Positions 52,375 to 64,000 of a DNA stretch of 64,000 bases are shown piece after piece. Location of the stretch: positions 4,160,449 through 4,224,448 of the forward strand of contig NW_002060949.1 in the NCBI RefSeq assembly GCF_000150275.1, in the 5' to 3' direction. Position numbers and translations under genes: made by a program. The notes beneath the pieces are model-generated. The model saw only the letters and a program-made list of their open reading frames with translations, ran no database searches and had not been told where the DNA came from. Position 1 is the first letter of the stretch, and every line of letters begins with the position of its first letter. Source of the stretch: Trichoplax adhaerens (Eukaryota > Animalia > Placozoa).

Positions 52375-55300
52375 ATGGCTGCTGATACTAAATTGGATAG
52401 AAACAAGAAGTATGATAGACAACTAAGGTGAGTAGGAAAGATTTGAATACTTGCACTAATATAGAATGAACTCTGGCACTTTTTGAACTATTTTATATTA
52501 CAGACTATGGGGAGACCACGGACAAGATAAATTGCAGCGAGCCAAAGTTTGTCTAATTAATGCCACTGCAACTGGAACAGAAATTCTCAAAAATTTAATT
52601 TTACCAGGTACTGCAGTAGCTACTTGCGCTGTGTAATTAGAATAAGCAACATAGTTTACTGTTGATAATGCAATCTATCCTGCTTAACTCATTATAATGC
52701 AGGTTCAATCTTATATTGGATACTGTATTTAATATAAATTACCGATTAATCCATTAGGCATTGGCTCCTTTACTGTCATTGATGGGCACCAAGTTACTTC
52801 AGAAGACGTCGGTAACAAGTAAGCAACTAGCATCACGATTTACTATACTGTACAGTACTGTATATGTATAGCACTCGTAAACTGATCAGATGTCTTCCGT
52901 CAGCGAGATAACTCGTGTGAATATCATATCAACACAGTACACACTTCCCAATCCTCGATACTATCATTTCTTAATTAATTATTGCTATTATTGCTCTTCT
53001 ATGATTGCTGCTTTACGTAGTCTGCCGTAACCTTCAAACTAATTACTGTACCTTTAATCTTGAACAAGCACAAATTAAGAATTCAGTTCGAGACGACAAT
53101 GTTAAAACTCCAAATCTACTATTAACTTCCACGGAAAGTTCAGTACCACAAATGCAGTCCCGGTATATACGCCATAAAGCTATAAAAATCTTGCTAACCT
53201 AAAAGCATGTACATCATTTATCGATACAGTAAATTGTACTCAACAATCTAACAGCAAGACTACCTATAACCAACAATAAAGCTTAAGCCCGAAGACATAC
53301 TTTCGTATAGCAACGTGAAACAGAAGCCGATGCATTTAGTATTAGTACAGTAATTATCGTCTAATCTGTTCCATGGATACTAAAGAAACACCTTTCGTAG
53401 GTATTTCTTTAGCAGCCGATGTCTGTTCTTACGCCATGACATACTTTAACGATATGTACATTTGTAGACATATCTTGACTTACAGAAATTACCAAATATA
53501 TCTGATACGCTTGATAATTCTGAAAATTGCGCGCTGATCTCGAGTACTTCAAATGCGAATAATTAAGATCTGCCAGTTATTCGCATTACACGGTACTAAA
53601 AAACGTCTTCGTATACGCGTTTATGCGTAAATATGTTGCTTCAATATTTACTACTGCAATTGGACCTACCGCTTAATAGCTTAGACTATGATATGCGTAA
53701 TTATCTTGCATTTCTTTACTAACTGTCATTTATCCTACCAACAGCTTTTTCTTAGACAAGAATTCGATTGGCAAGGTTAGTAAAAATTACCTCTAACTTA
53801 TAGTTATTATTTAGCAATCACATACCCATATATTATAATTACGCGTATTTTCTCTATAAACTATAAAATTATAGAGCCGCGCAAAATATGTAACACAACT
53901 ATTGCAAGACTTAAATTCCGATGTCAGAGGAGATGCAATCGAAGAGGTTGGACGTGTGATTTATAACCCTCTTTGCATGAATCCCATCACATAGATATAG
54001 ACACTGTACTTAGTGGATAATGTTCGGTAAAAATCAACAAGCTTAAGAATCAGGATTGCATCACGGTTATTCGTAAAAACATACCGTATCAAACTTCGCT
54101 GATCCACAGCTCAATATAGCAGCAGACTGATTTTTTTATTGTCTCAGACTGTAAATATATGTTGAGATCATTGCTGTAATTCTTTTACAATATTTTTAGC
54201 ATGTAGAGAACTTATTACAGAATGATTCTGAATTCTTTATGACCTTTTCCATTGTCATTGCTACCAGCTTGCCGGAAAGGTACCTTTATGGTTATTTTTC
54301 ATACTTACTGTATTCCTCTACTAGTGTAATGAAATTTACGTTTATTATAACCTGTGACACACTGATTATACAAATCCTTATTCTCTTTAAACTATCAAAT
54401 TTTTACTAGAGTGTTATTAAAGCTAGGAGAAACCTTATGGAAGCAAGATATCCCCTTTATAATTTGTCGTTCGTATGGAATGGTTGGTTACATTCGACTT
54501 GTTGTTAACGAGCACGCTGGTACAGTATTGACTTACTTTTAATACTACAAGGAAATCTTATAAAATACAATATCATTTCCGATATGACGTAAAATCGCTT
54601 ATATAATATAATACGATGTTCTGACTCAGCTATTGAGACGCATCCTGATAATAGTCACCACGATTTAAGACTGGACAACCCATTTCCAGAGTTAAGAGCA
54701 TATATTGACCCAATAAACTTATCAGCTATGGATAAAAAGGTATTTAACATTATATATTTTAGTCACGCTATCAAAAAGTAAAACAAATATTATAGTTGAA
54801 TCTAATGCATTTTTAACTAACACTTTACTAGGAACATTCCCAAACTCCGTTTATTGTTATCTTATTGAAATATATGGACCAATGGCGAAATTTAGTAAGA
54901 GATGTTAATTAGGCTGTTAAATCTGTTTACATATAAGTTATATTAATCAAAATTTTCGAATAGCATGATGGTGCTCTACCTAAAACGTACAAAGAAAAAG
55001 ACCAGTTCAAACAAATGATTGCTAACGGTAAGTCAGTCTATTTTGCCTATATATAATCTGTATCATTAAGATAGCAAAACTAATTATTAATGATATAGGC
55101 GTATATGCTCAGCAATCCAATTGTAACTTATATTGAGTGTACTGTTAATATTATAGGCATTATGCAAGACAGTGAAGGCAGGTCTGAGGAGGAAGATAAT
55201 TTTCAAGAAGCAATAAAAAATGCATTAATAACTCTTGTTCCTACTAAAGTAAGACAAATTCTCAGAAAGACGGTGACTCACAAAATTTCTTTGTAGACCT

Positions 55301-57093
55301 AAAATTTTCATATGGAGATACACGAGTTCATTCTATTGCAAAATTACATCTGGTAACTACCTCGTCAATATCATCACCTGTTTATTCTTAGATTCCCAGC
55401 TCAGTTGAAGCGTTACTGAAAGACGAAAAATGTTTGAACATGTCACCAGATGTAAATAGATTAAGTCTACTAATCAACTAGCAATAACACATATATGCGT
55501 ACACAGAATGATTGTATGCATACATTTATGCATACTTTCTTTATTTCCAGAGTTCTAACTTTTGGATTTTAGTTCGAGCTCTAAAGGAATTCGTGGATAA
55601 AACTGGTTAGATATTATAAATCACGAAGAAATTAACTGATTTTCTTCTATAGGTGTGTTATTAACATAAAATGCTTTTATAATATAACTGTAGGTACGCT
55701 TCCAGTTCGTGGATCTATTCCCGATATGACTGCAGATTCTACTCGTTATATCAACCTTCAAAGAATGTACGTATAAATGCACCAGTAACTGAGCTATGAA
55801 TATAATGCTGCTGCCTTATAATTATATAATTTGTAACATAATTATACAGCTATCAAGCCAAAGCAAATGAAGATGCAAGTAAAATGACTGAATATGTTAA
55901 GAATATACTCGAATCCTTGGGAAAAGTAGGCTAAAATATTACGTTAAACCCTAGCATGAGTTTTGTCTCCTTGCTAATACCCGTATAACCTACGCTCTTG
56001 TAACGAATTTACATTAGGGTGTTAATTCTATTAGCGTACAGGAGATATCAAATTTTTGTAAGTTTAAGCGAAGATCTTGTCTTCCTTTTTCATCTACATA
56101 CGATCGACATGGGACATAATAAAATTGAATTTAATTTCTATACAGTAGTCATAAATTTTCATTCTTAACTTTAGGTAAGAATGCATTCTTTTTGAAAGTC
56201 ATAAGAACTCATTCGTTAGCCGATGAGTATAACCCTTCTACGATAGATGTATCTGAAATACGTTAGTAATATAAGAGCTTTAATAATGTAACCGTCAATT
56301 GTAATTATTAACCGTACAATCCTACAATATAGCTTAATTTATTGAATTATATGTAATAGGCGGGTATTTGGAAAGTGGTTCCCATGAAGCTAACTTTTAC
56401 GTACTTTTGCGAGCTGTAGATAAATTTTTCGAACAATACAATCGATATCCTGGTCTGTATACAATTTTTTAATTATCAAGAATTTCTGTCAGAATATTAT
56501 AACTTGATTGAACGTTCGCTATTTCAGGGATGTTTGATGATCAGGTAGAAACGGACATATGGTCTTTGAGGGTACGGTGAATTTGTTTTACTATTAAGTG
56601 TTGATAACTGGCTTAATGTTCAACTTTTTTTTTCCATTGATTTAAATTGTTTATATATCATTACTATTTTATTTTGTAGAATTGTGTCAATGGATTACTA
56701 CATGATTGGTCGCTCCCAAATACAATTTCGGATGATTACATACATGAAATGTATTAATTATAATTTACCAGTATCTGCTATCTTTAACTAGTGTAGCGTA
56801 ATCAAGTTACTGACTTTTGAATTGACGTACTTCCGTAGGTGTCGTTATGGTGCTTCAGAATTACACACAATGGCTGCATTTCTTGGAGGTATTGATAGTA
56901 GTTTCATGAATTACGGTATCTATTTTACTTAACTTTAAACTACTACTAAGGCTATCAATATAACTTCTTGAATTAACTCATAGGTGCAGCCGCTCAAGAA
57001 GCCGTTAAAATCATTACTCATCAATTTGTTCCGTTTAATAATACCTTTATTTTTAACGGTATATCTGCTTCTTCGGTTACGTTCAATTTATAA
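52375..57093 (+). CDS. NAE1: NEDD8-activating enzyme E1 regulatory subunit (APP-BP1)
   Basis: Many short exons: [122 protein letters not shown]. Confidence 0.96.
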
Positions 57094-58340
57094 CAACCTT
57101 AGCTTATTTTCTTAGCTAGTATGTTTACTACATCATTAATAAGCCTACCAGGCCATTAGTATTTTGATATTATGATGGAGTTTCTCTCACCTAGATTGAT
57201 AATAATGATCCTATTAGCAATTTTCATTAGCACCGATTACAATGTAAACTATCGATCCTTATAAGAATGGCTGTGCCTTTGTATGATGACAAATAAAACA
57301 AAATAGGAGCCTGTTTTAAAATTGTTGTAGATAAAAACTTTTCAAATTTTGCCATCAACTGTAACTGTCCATAAGAACAATTCCTCTACATGCGCATTGT
57401 TGTGTTTTAAAAGTTAATCTATTAAATAATGTTACGAAAATAAGCAAATAAATTCTTGAAGACTGCAATATATTGCGGCAATACTACAGTGCACGTCATC
57501 CGATATACGAGTATATTTATAAAATCCTCAATTACAGCTTATTTACGTGTTATAGCAAATGTACTAACTGAAAAGTTACATTTCTCATCAGTAAACCAGC
57601 CTACGCAATGCGAAGGTGGTAAACTAGCAAGCAGAGTTCAATCTTTCAGATAACCATAGAAAAGGTGTTTTACTCATCTGAATCTAATTGCAAGCCATTA
57701 CCGCGACGGTTGATTATAATAATACAATCAACTGATGATTACGGTAATGCTCAGTCGTTTCAATATCGAGGGACCATCACAATCAATATCCATAACAAGT
57801 GAAGAATATTAGTAAAAGTGAAATTCACTATCATCATAAATTGGAAATAAAACGCTCACATCGCATAGGAAGCTCTCAGAAATGAACTACTTTGTGTATT
57901 ATTATAGTACTTCAAAAAATTCTAGATTTATACGATACAGTATGTGCGTATAGGATCGGTTTATACTGTTCACAATTAAATTATGCGAGCACGTACAGTA
58001 CTTATACGTTTCTAGTAAGCGACAATGCTTTCCTGATGTGACGTAAACGCCGTATCCGTCTATCATCTGATATAGCTCATTACAAACCAGCATAATTTAC
58101 ATATAAATTATGTCAGCAAGATCGCAATATTGCACCCATGATGTACTCTATCGCTGCTCAGTACCACTGTACAGGCGCGATCATGTAAAGAAAGAAATAT
58201 TCCTACTCTGTTGTAGCGTACAAAATTTGCAGAAATTGTGTCATACAATACAATGAAATACTGTAAAATAGTTTAAACTTTATTATCAATATAGGCTATG
58301 TTGCTATAACAAAGCATGCTTGTTTGCCCCGGATAAAAAA

Positions 58341-58547
58341 TTCAAAGTTTCAATGTCGCCAACCGAAATTTTGAATCACAATCTAAAAAGTTCAGCCATT
58401 CAAATAGTTCAACTATTGCAACACTTTTGAAATGCTGTCGTCAGCTTGTTTTGGTAAAAGTGAACATATACAGAGTAGGTTCGATTTGAGTGAGGAAGAT
58501 TACTGTGTGTTTTTAAGGCGTCAGACGGCTAGTGTCGAGTATTTGAA
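58341..58547. promoter_or_regulatory. Cluster of CHR-like TTTGAA elements upstream of the geminin-family gene
   Basis: TTCAAA at 58341 and 58399; TTTGAA at 58370, 58426 and 58542. Confidence 0.45.
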
Positions 58548-58935
58548 AGAGCTTTGACCCAAAGAACTTGATTCGACACTCGAGTCAACGTACCATTATT
58601 ACATGAGTGAGCGTGACAACTACCAATTTCCTTGCAAGTTTCAATCTCTTTTACACGTCTATCTATTTAAGGATATGCCATATAAAGCAAGGTAGACAAG
58701 CGGTATTGAATTAATACACAACAGAGTGATCTAGCTGAAGAGAAATAAATAGGACCAGCCATTTCACGATAGCAGTAGACTAATAAGAAGGGATAATTTC
58801 ACAGAAAAATATTTCTTTGGAAATGAGTAAATCTTTTGGCGAAGTAAATATCGACACTGGTTTGAGCATTATGTAAATCGTTTATACCCGTATACTACTG
58901 AACCGACTTTTTTATATGATTTAACGGTATGTTAG

Positions 58936-59766
58936 AAACGGTCTTCGACGGAAGACAACGACGGTGAATACAGCAGTGCTAAAGATCACTATGAGACAGC
59001 AGAGCATCCTGAAGTGGTAGGTTTCAAGCATGATGATATCACAGTCATTACATTAATATAAGAAACTTGGCTATTTCTTTGTGAAGTATTTATGATAATA
59101 GAGCTGACAGCAATCTTTTACACATTAGACAAGTTGGACGGAATGCTTTGAAGAAACTGAACGGATGCTTAAGAGTGGTAATGTGCGGAGATTGCACCAC
59201 TTAACACTATATTATGCTATATGTCAGTTTAACATTTTGCAAATACGCGTACTCGCCTAATAGTAATTAACATTATCTTAGTCGCTATTTGCGCTTTTAT
59301 TTTACGCGAGAACGTAATAGCCGCAGCGTGGTAATTTAAATAATCCTATCTTAGAATCTCCCCCGGAGCAATACTGGAAGAGTCTTGCTGAGAAAAGACG
59401 AAGTGCTTTGATAAAAACAATGAAAGAAAATAAAAAGGTATACAAGTACAGTATGTCATATGTGTATGTATAACACCCAAAATGATCAAAATTTACTACT
59501 GTAGTAGCAATATGCAAAATTGAACATTAACTATAGTAATTTTAGAATATTTATGTAAGCCTTTAAATAACTTCTGTTACTATCACAATTACTAGCTATA
59601 TCTACAGAAGAAGCGCATACTAAGTAAATTGCAATCCATGCAGAAAGCAGCAGATTACTTTTCACTCATGTACTTTGTACTTAAATCAGTTTCTGATAAA
59701 TCAGAAGAAGCTCGTCGAAAAGAAAGAACTTTTAAATTTGCGAGTATACGTCATTTAACTGTCTAA
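58936..59766 (+). CDS. Geminin-family coiled-coil protein (5' and 3' ends unresolved), absent from the ORF track
   Basis: Exons start at 58936, 59129, 59355 (to 59437) and 59596. ESPPEQYWKSLAEKRRSALIKTMKENKKL aligns by eye with human geminin [29 protein letters not shown]. A further 3' exon near 60098 is possible. Confidence 0.75.
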
Positions 59767-60664
59767 TTTGATTCTAAGCTTATTGATGCTAAAGTTTTCA
59801 AAATAACAGTTACAACTACAGTATATAACACGTATTGAAGTGTTATCAGCCTAATCAGTGTTGGTTAAATTAAATTAATTACCATACCAATTGCAGTAAT
59901 ATCTTTCGATAATGTAATTCATTAAAGCAGTTTATTAAGGTGTTCTAAAAAAATAATTTTACCTTGCACAAGCTTTGACGATTAAAGTCATCAGTTATTT
60001 ATACAGTTTACAAAAGTTAATAAGACTAATGTAAATACTAACGCTCAGCATTGTATACGTAAATACTGACTGTCACAATTAATTAATTCCCTGTAAGGCA
60101 TAGTTCCCGATTTGAGGAAATTTTATCTCGGAATTCGGGTCGCAATCAGTGACTCTGCCGTGCAATGGTATTATCCGTGTAATGAATTAATGAATGAATG
60201 AATTTAATTTAATTACAGCAATCCTGTCCAGGTTTTGTTATTAATTGCGCAATCATCTTTACGTATACGTATCAGTACAGTAAATAAAGCTCATTTACTG
60301 ATTATATTATAGCTTTTAATTCAAATTCAAAGCTGAATCATGACTTGTTGCTCAGTGCAGTACTGTGATTTAATGTACTACGCATATATATACAAATGTA
60401 CAATATACTGCATATCATTCGGACCCGGAAGAATGACAAACTTTTCTTCTTACCCGTAGTCTAAAAAAAGGTAATCGCCCGTTTAATTCCTTCTTAACAA
60501 CATGCTAACACTGAACTCTATGTATACTCCCCTATATGTTCGAGGTCTGAAGTTTCAGATTCGGATTAACGATTTGACAATACGAGTATTCCATATTTAG
60601 TACGATAGATTGATTCATTGTGTAAAGGCTGGGTGTCCATCCGTCCTGTACACTATTCCTATAG

Positions 60665-60780
60665 CAGTACTGTACTGGACAATTCAGTGTACTGTACAGT
60701 ACAGTACTGTAGAATTTCTAGTACGGTAACGTACAGTACAGTGCGTATTAGCAGTACTGTACTGTATTGTACACTACTGC
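60665..60780. promoter_or_regulatory. CAGTA/TACTG array upstream of PPM1G
   Basis: gtactgtacagtacagtactgt-type tract about 450 bp before the ATG. Confidence 0.5.
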
Positions 60781-61221
60781 GCTGCATCATGAAGTACCCA
60801 GAGAGGGAAGTACCACATGTGATAAAGCTTTATTGTTCTAGTACATAGGATGGATGGATGGACTGCGTGGCGGGTACTTTTTTTTTACGAAAACGCAAAC
60901 GAGACTTGGCTTAACAACTTGGTGATATTGAAGACCCTTGATATAAAACGTGTTGCTTGTGCCAAGTGCCTAGTGTGTGAGTAGTACTGTAGCGTGGTCC
61001 ATCCGAGAACCGGCAAGGATCCTCATTGAATATACCTACACGTAGTTTAGTAATTTTATCATTATTGCTGCTGCTTATAGTCAGTAAAACGTTTATGTGC
61101 TTGATATAAGTATTACATTAATTGAAGTCAAGTTACTGTAATTTAGTTCTGGAAGCTTTTGCAATCCGCAGAGAATATCTTTGTGCTGGACCTGTGTTGA
61201 AAATCGAACGATAATAGTAAG

Positions 61222-63873
61222 ATGGGTGCCTATCTATCTCGTCCAAAATTGGAGAAGACAACCGAAATCATTGAAACAGCAAAACTTAGATGCTACGCTT
61301 CTTGTATGCAAGGATGGAGACTATCGATGGAGGTTATTGCAGTACTTCGTATTTAGAAGAAATAAAACTAAAAGAGTCACATTAATTCTACTATAGGTCT
61401 ACAGCAAAGTTTTATCGCGCCACACGCAATCAAGTAGCATAATGCTCACGTACAATACAGTACAGTACTTCACAGTTCCTTCTCGCCTGGTTTACAGATA
61501 CTCCAGACGACTAGACTGTTCAGTACTGCCCTGTCCCAATTTTTGAGCTTTTATTTCTTTATAGGCAGTACAGTACATTATAATTAATGTATGTATTATA
61601 CGTTCAGATATTGACCTTGTGGAAACATTTAGAAATTTGTAGTCTATGTGTTTTGGAGTGCAAGTACACAACTACAACGTATTTATTAACGTATTAAACG
61701 ATTAACATGCAAGTCAACATTGATTTACCTTTGGAATTAATAACTGCAATTATTATATTATTAGTCCTTATTGATTAACAGCGATACTAGTGCTACAAAC
61801 TTTGACTACTGTGGTAGCAATGAAGTCAGCTTCATTTTAGCACTTGCAAAGATCACACTGCTGTATAGAGATTTATCATGTCATACATGCTCCTGCTGTA
61901 ATCAATCATGACCCTACCTACTCATTCGTACTCATGTGATGAAAGTATCAGTGCTCTCAAGTCTTAACAACTTCACTTCACTGCTTCGAGTAATTGATAA
62001 GTAGTTCCGCCTTGTTTTACGACTAAAATTACTAAAAATTGCACTCGAACAAATTTAATACTGTATTGAGCATTAAGTAGTTGAATATGGCCAAATTCGA
62101 GATTTGCGCCATAGTCCATAGGTGCATGGTTCTTAGGATACAGTCAAACGCGTTTTGCGTTTCAATTTATTTTGCATAGCTTAGCTCTCATTGCTATAAT
62201 TTGGCGATGGGTGCATTGAGAAATAGAAAGATTTTCGCAACGCACGCTGTTTACATTTATTCACTCTTGGCACGCTTTCGCGATAAAATCCGTGTACTAT
62301 AAACTACGTTGTTGTCACTATACTCTATCAAATAGTATTTAGTATTTAAACGTGCAACTTGACTGAAAAGGAAAAGTTTCATTTTAGGCTGAGAATGACT
62401 TCAGTTTAGTCGAATATATGATTACAATTAAATTGAATGATAAACAAAAATATCGATCGACATTTACGCTAACACGATATAATTCTTCGATCGAAAAGAT
62501 GCAGCTACATACGTACATAAATCTAAATGTATATATCGTGTATATCGTGTATATCGTGTATGCCCAAGCTGCGATAATTAATGTGCTAATGATCATTACA
62601 TTTATTTCATCGACTAATTATTCCATGTCCTTGAGCTACAGTAATACTTATCCTTATACTGGTATTTCAGGTATTATATAAAAAATGTCTCAATGTATTC
62701 TTCTAATTATATTTTAGGATGCTCATAATTGCTCTCCTGACTTTGATGATAATACGTCATATTTCGCCGTTTATGATGGACACGGAGGTACAGTACACTA
62801 AATTTAAGCTTATTAAAACTATACAGCAGTTTTGTAATTACAGTAATACTGCTTATACTTTTGTTAATGCTGATTCAACATGGTACCATAGCAACAATAG
62901 TTGCTAATCATTAGTTTCCATTTGTGAATAATAATTTATAATCTCCGTTTAACAGTTTTACAACAAATATATTTAATACTACTGATAATAGGCGCCGAGG
63001 TGGCTTTATATTGTGCGGAATACTTACCGACCATCCTTAAAAATTTACCGACATATAAGGAAGGCAATATCAGCTCTGCACTATCGGATGCTTTCTTGAA
63101 AATTGATGACATTGTTATATCACCAGATACCAAGATAGAATTGGAACGTTTAGCAGCCTCAACGCAGACTGACAATCAAGGAAGTAATGAAGAAGTTGAA
63201 CCTAACGACGACGACGAAGTAGATGATGTTGAAGCCTTGAATGAAGATGCTGCAACTCCTTTGCAAGATATACTAAAGAAATATGAAAACAACGGTATAC
63301 ACTTAATCAGTTGTTTCAATCGTAGCATGCGTATACTTAAACAACTACCTGTATCAATAAGAATGTACTATATGGATACAGTGATCGTAGTTGTTATGCT
63401 AAAGTTACTGTGGAATTTAGTAGGAGATTAAACAATACTGTGATATACGCGCACAATCAATTTTTATACATTTCTTATCGTGCTGCTCTTCGCTATGATT
63501 GATAAGCTCACAATTTAAATGAATGATTTAAATTAGTATCTACCGGTCTTTCTTGTTGATAGTAATAACGTATTGTAAATTACTTGAAAAAGACTTTTCA
63601 CTTCATTTCTAGGATACAAGCTTGATGGTGCAGCAAAAAAAATTGTTATGCATTTACATCGCAACTTGCATCTACAAGGTGAGAAAAGCGATGGAAATGG
63701 ACTTGCGGATACTACTGGTGATGACGCTATTGCGAACGACCAAGAGTGCGATAGCGATGATGATAATGATGAGGATGATGAGGACGATGAGGATACTAGT
63801 TCTGAGAGTTCCGAGGATACCGATGAATGTGCTGGTGAATTCAGTGACGTAAATGATACATTCGAATATAAAG
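61222..63873 (+). CDS. PPM1G: Protein phosphatase 2C gamma, 3'-truncated by the window end
   Basis: MGAYLSRP..CMQGWRLSME|DAHNC..FAVYDGHG|GAEVALYCA..LSDAFLKIDD, followed by the long acidic insertion characteristic of PPM1G (exon 63613-63873). Confidence 0.93.
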
Positions 63874-64000
63874 GTACAGTATATTTCATTGCTGGTTATC
63901 GAATATAGTCTTTATCATGTTAGGCTCATTTAGACGTCTGCATGTAGCTATGAATTATTGTGTCATTCGTCAATCAATTATCTCCCCTTGTGCAGTATTC

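Noticed and set aside
60618-60848. ORF rich in STV/YCT residues
   Set aside because: It is a translation of the CAGTA array, not a protein.
63533-63889. Ser-rich minus-strand ORF and other antisense or overlapping ORFs in the track
   Set aside because: They are shadows of real coding exons on the opposite strand, here the acidic PPM1G exon.

Overview
AT-rich, intron-dense eukaryotic DNA from a compact animal genome. Short GT-AG introns, metazoan gene content and recurring CAGTA/TACTG tracts suggest a placozoan (Trichoplax-like), but that assignment is my inference. Most ORF-track entries are spurious or are exon fragments, so I built spliced gene models by hand. In order, the window holds: a 5'-truncated CIB-family EF-hand gene (+); a tandem cluster of four insulin-like prepropeptide genes (+, about 8.6-26.5 kb); MRPL13 (+); a secreted 549-aa protein with an LPMO-like histidine-brace domain fused to a probable beta-propeller (-); a candidate 5-exon small secreted orphan gene (-); DEPTOR (-) head-to-head with DSCC1 (+); a secreted ENDOU (-); HPDL (-) head-to-head with NAE1 (+); a geminin-family gene (+); and 3'-truncated PPM1G (+). 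The main highlights are the His-brace/propeller protein, the insulin cluster with non-canonical Cys spacing, the DSCC1-DEPTOR-MRPL13 order and orientation (matching human 8q24 as I recall it), a DEPTOR degron-like microexon, and promoter-associated CAGTA arrays.
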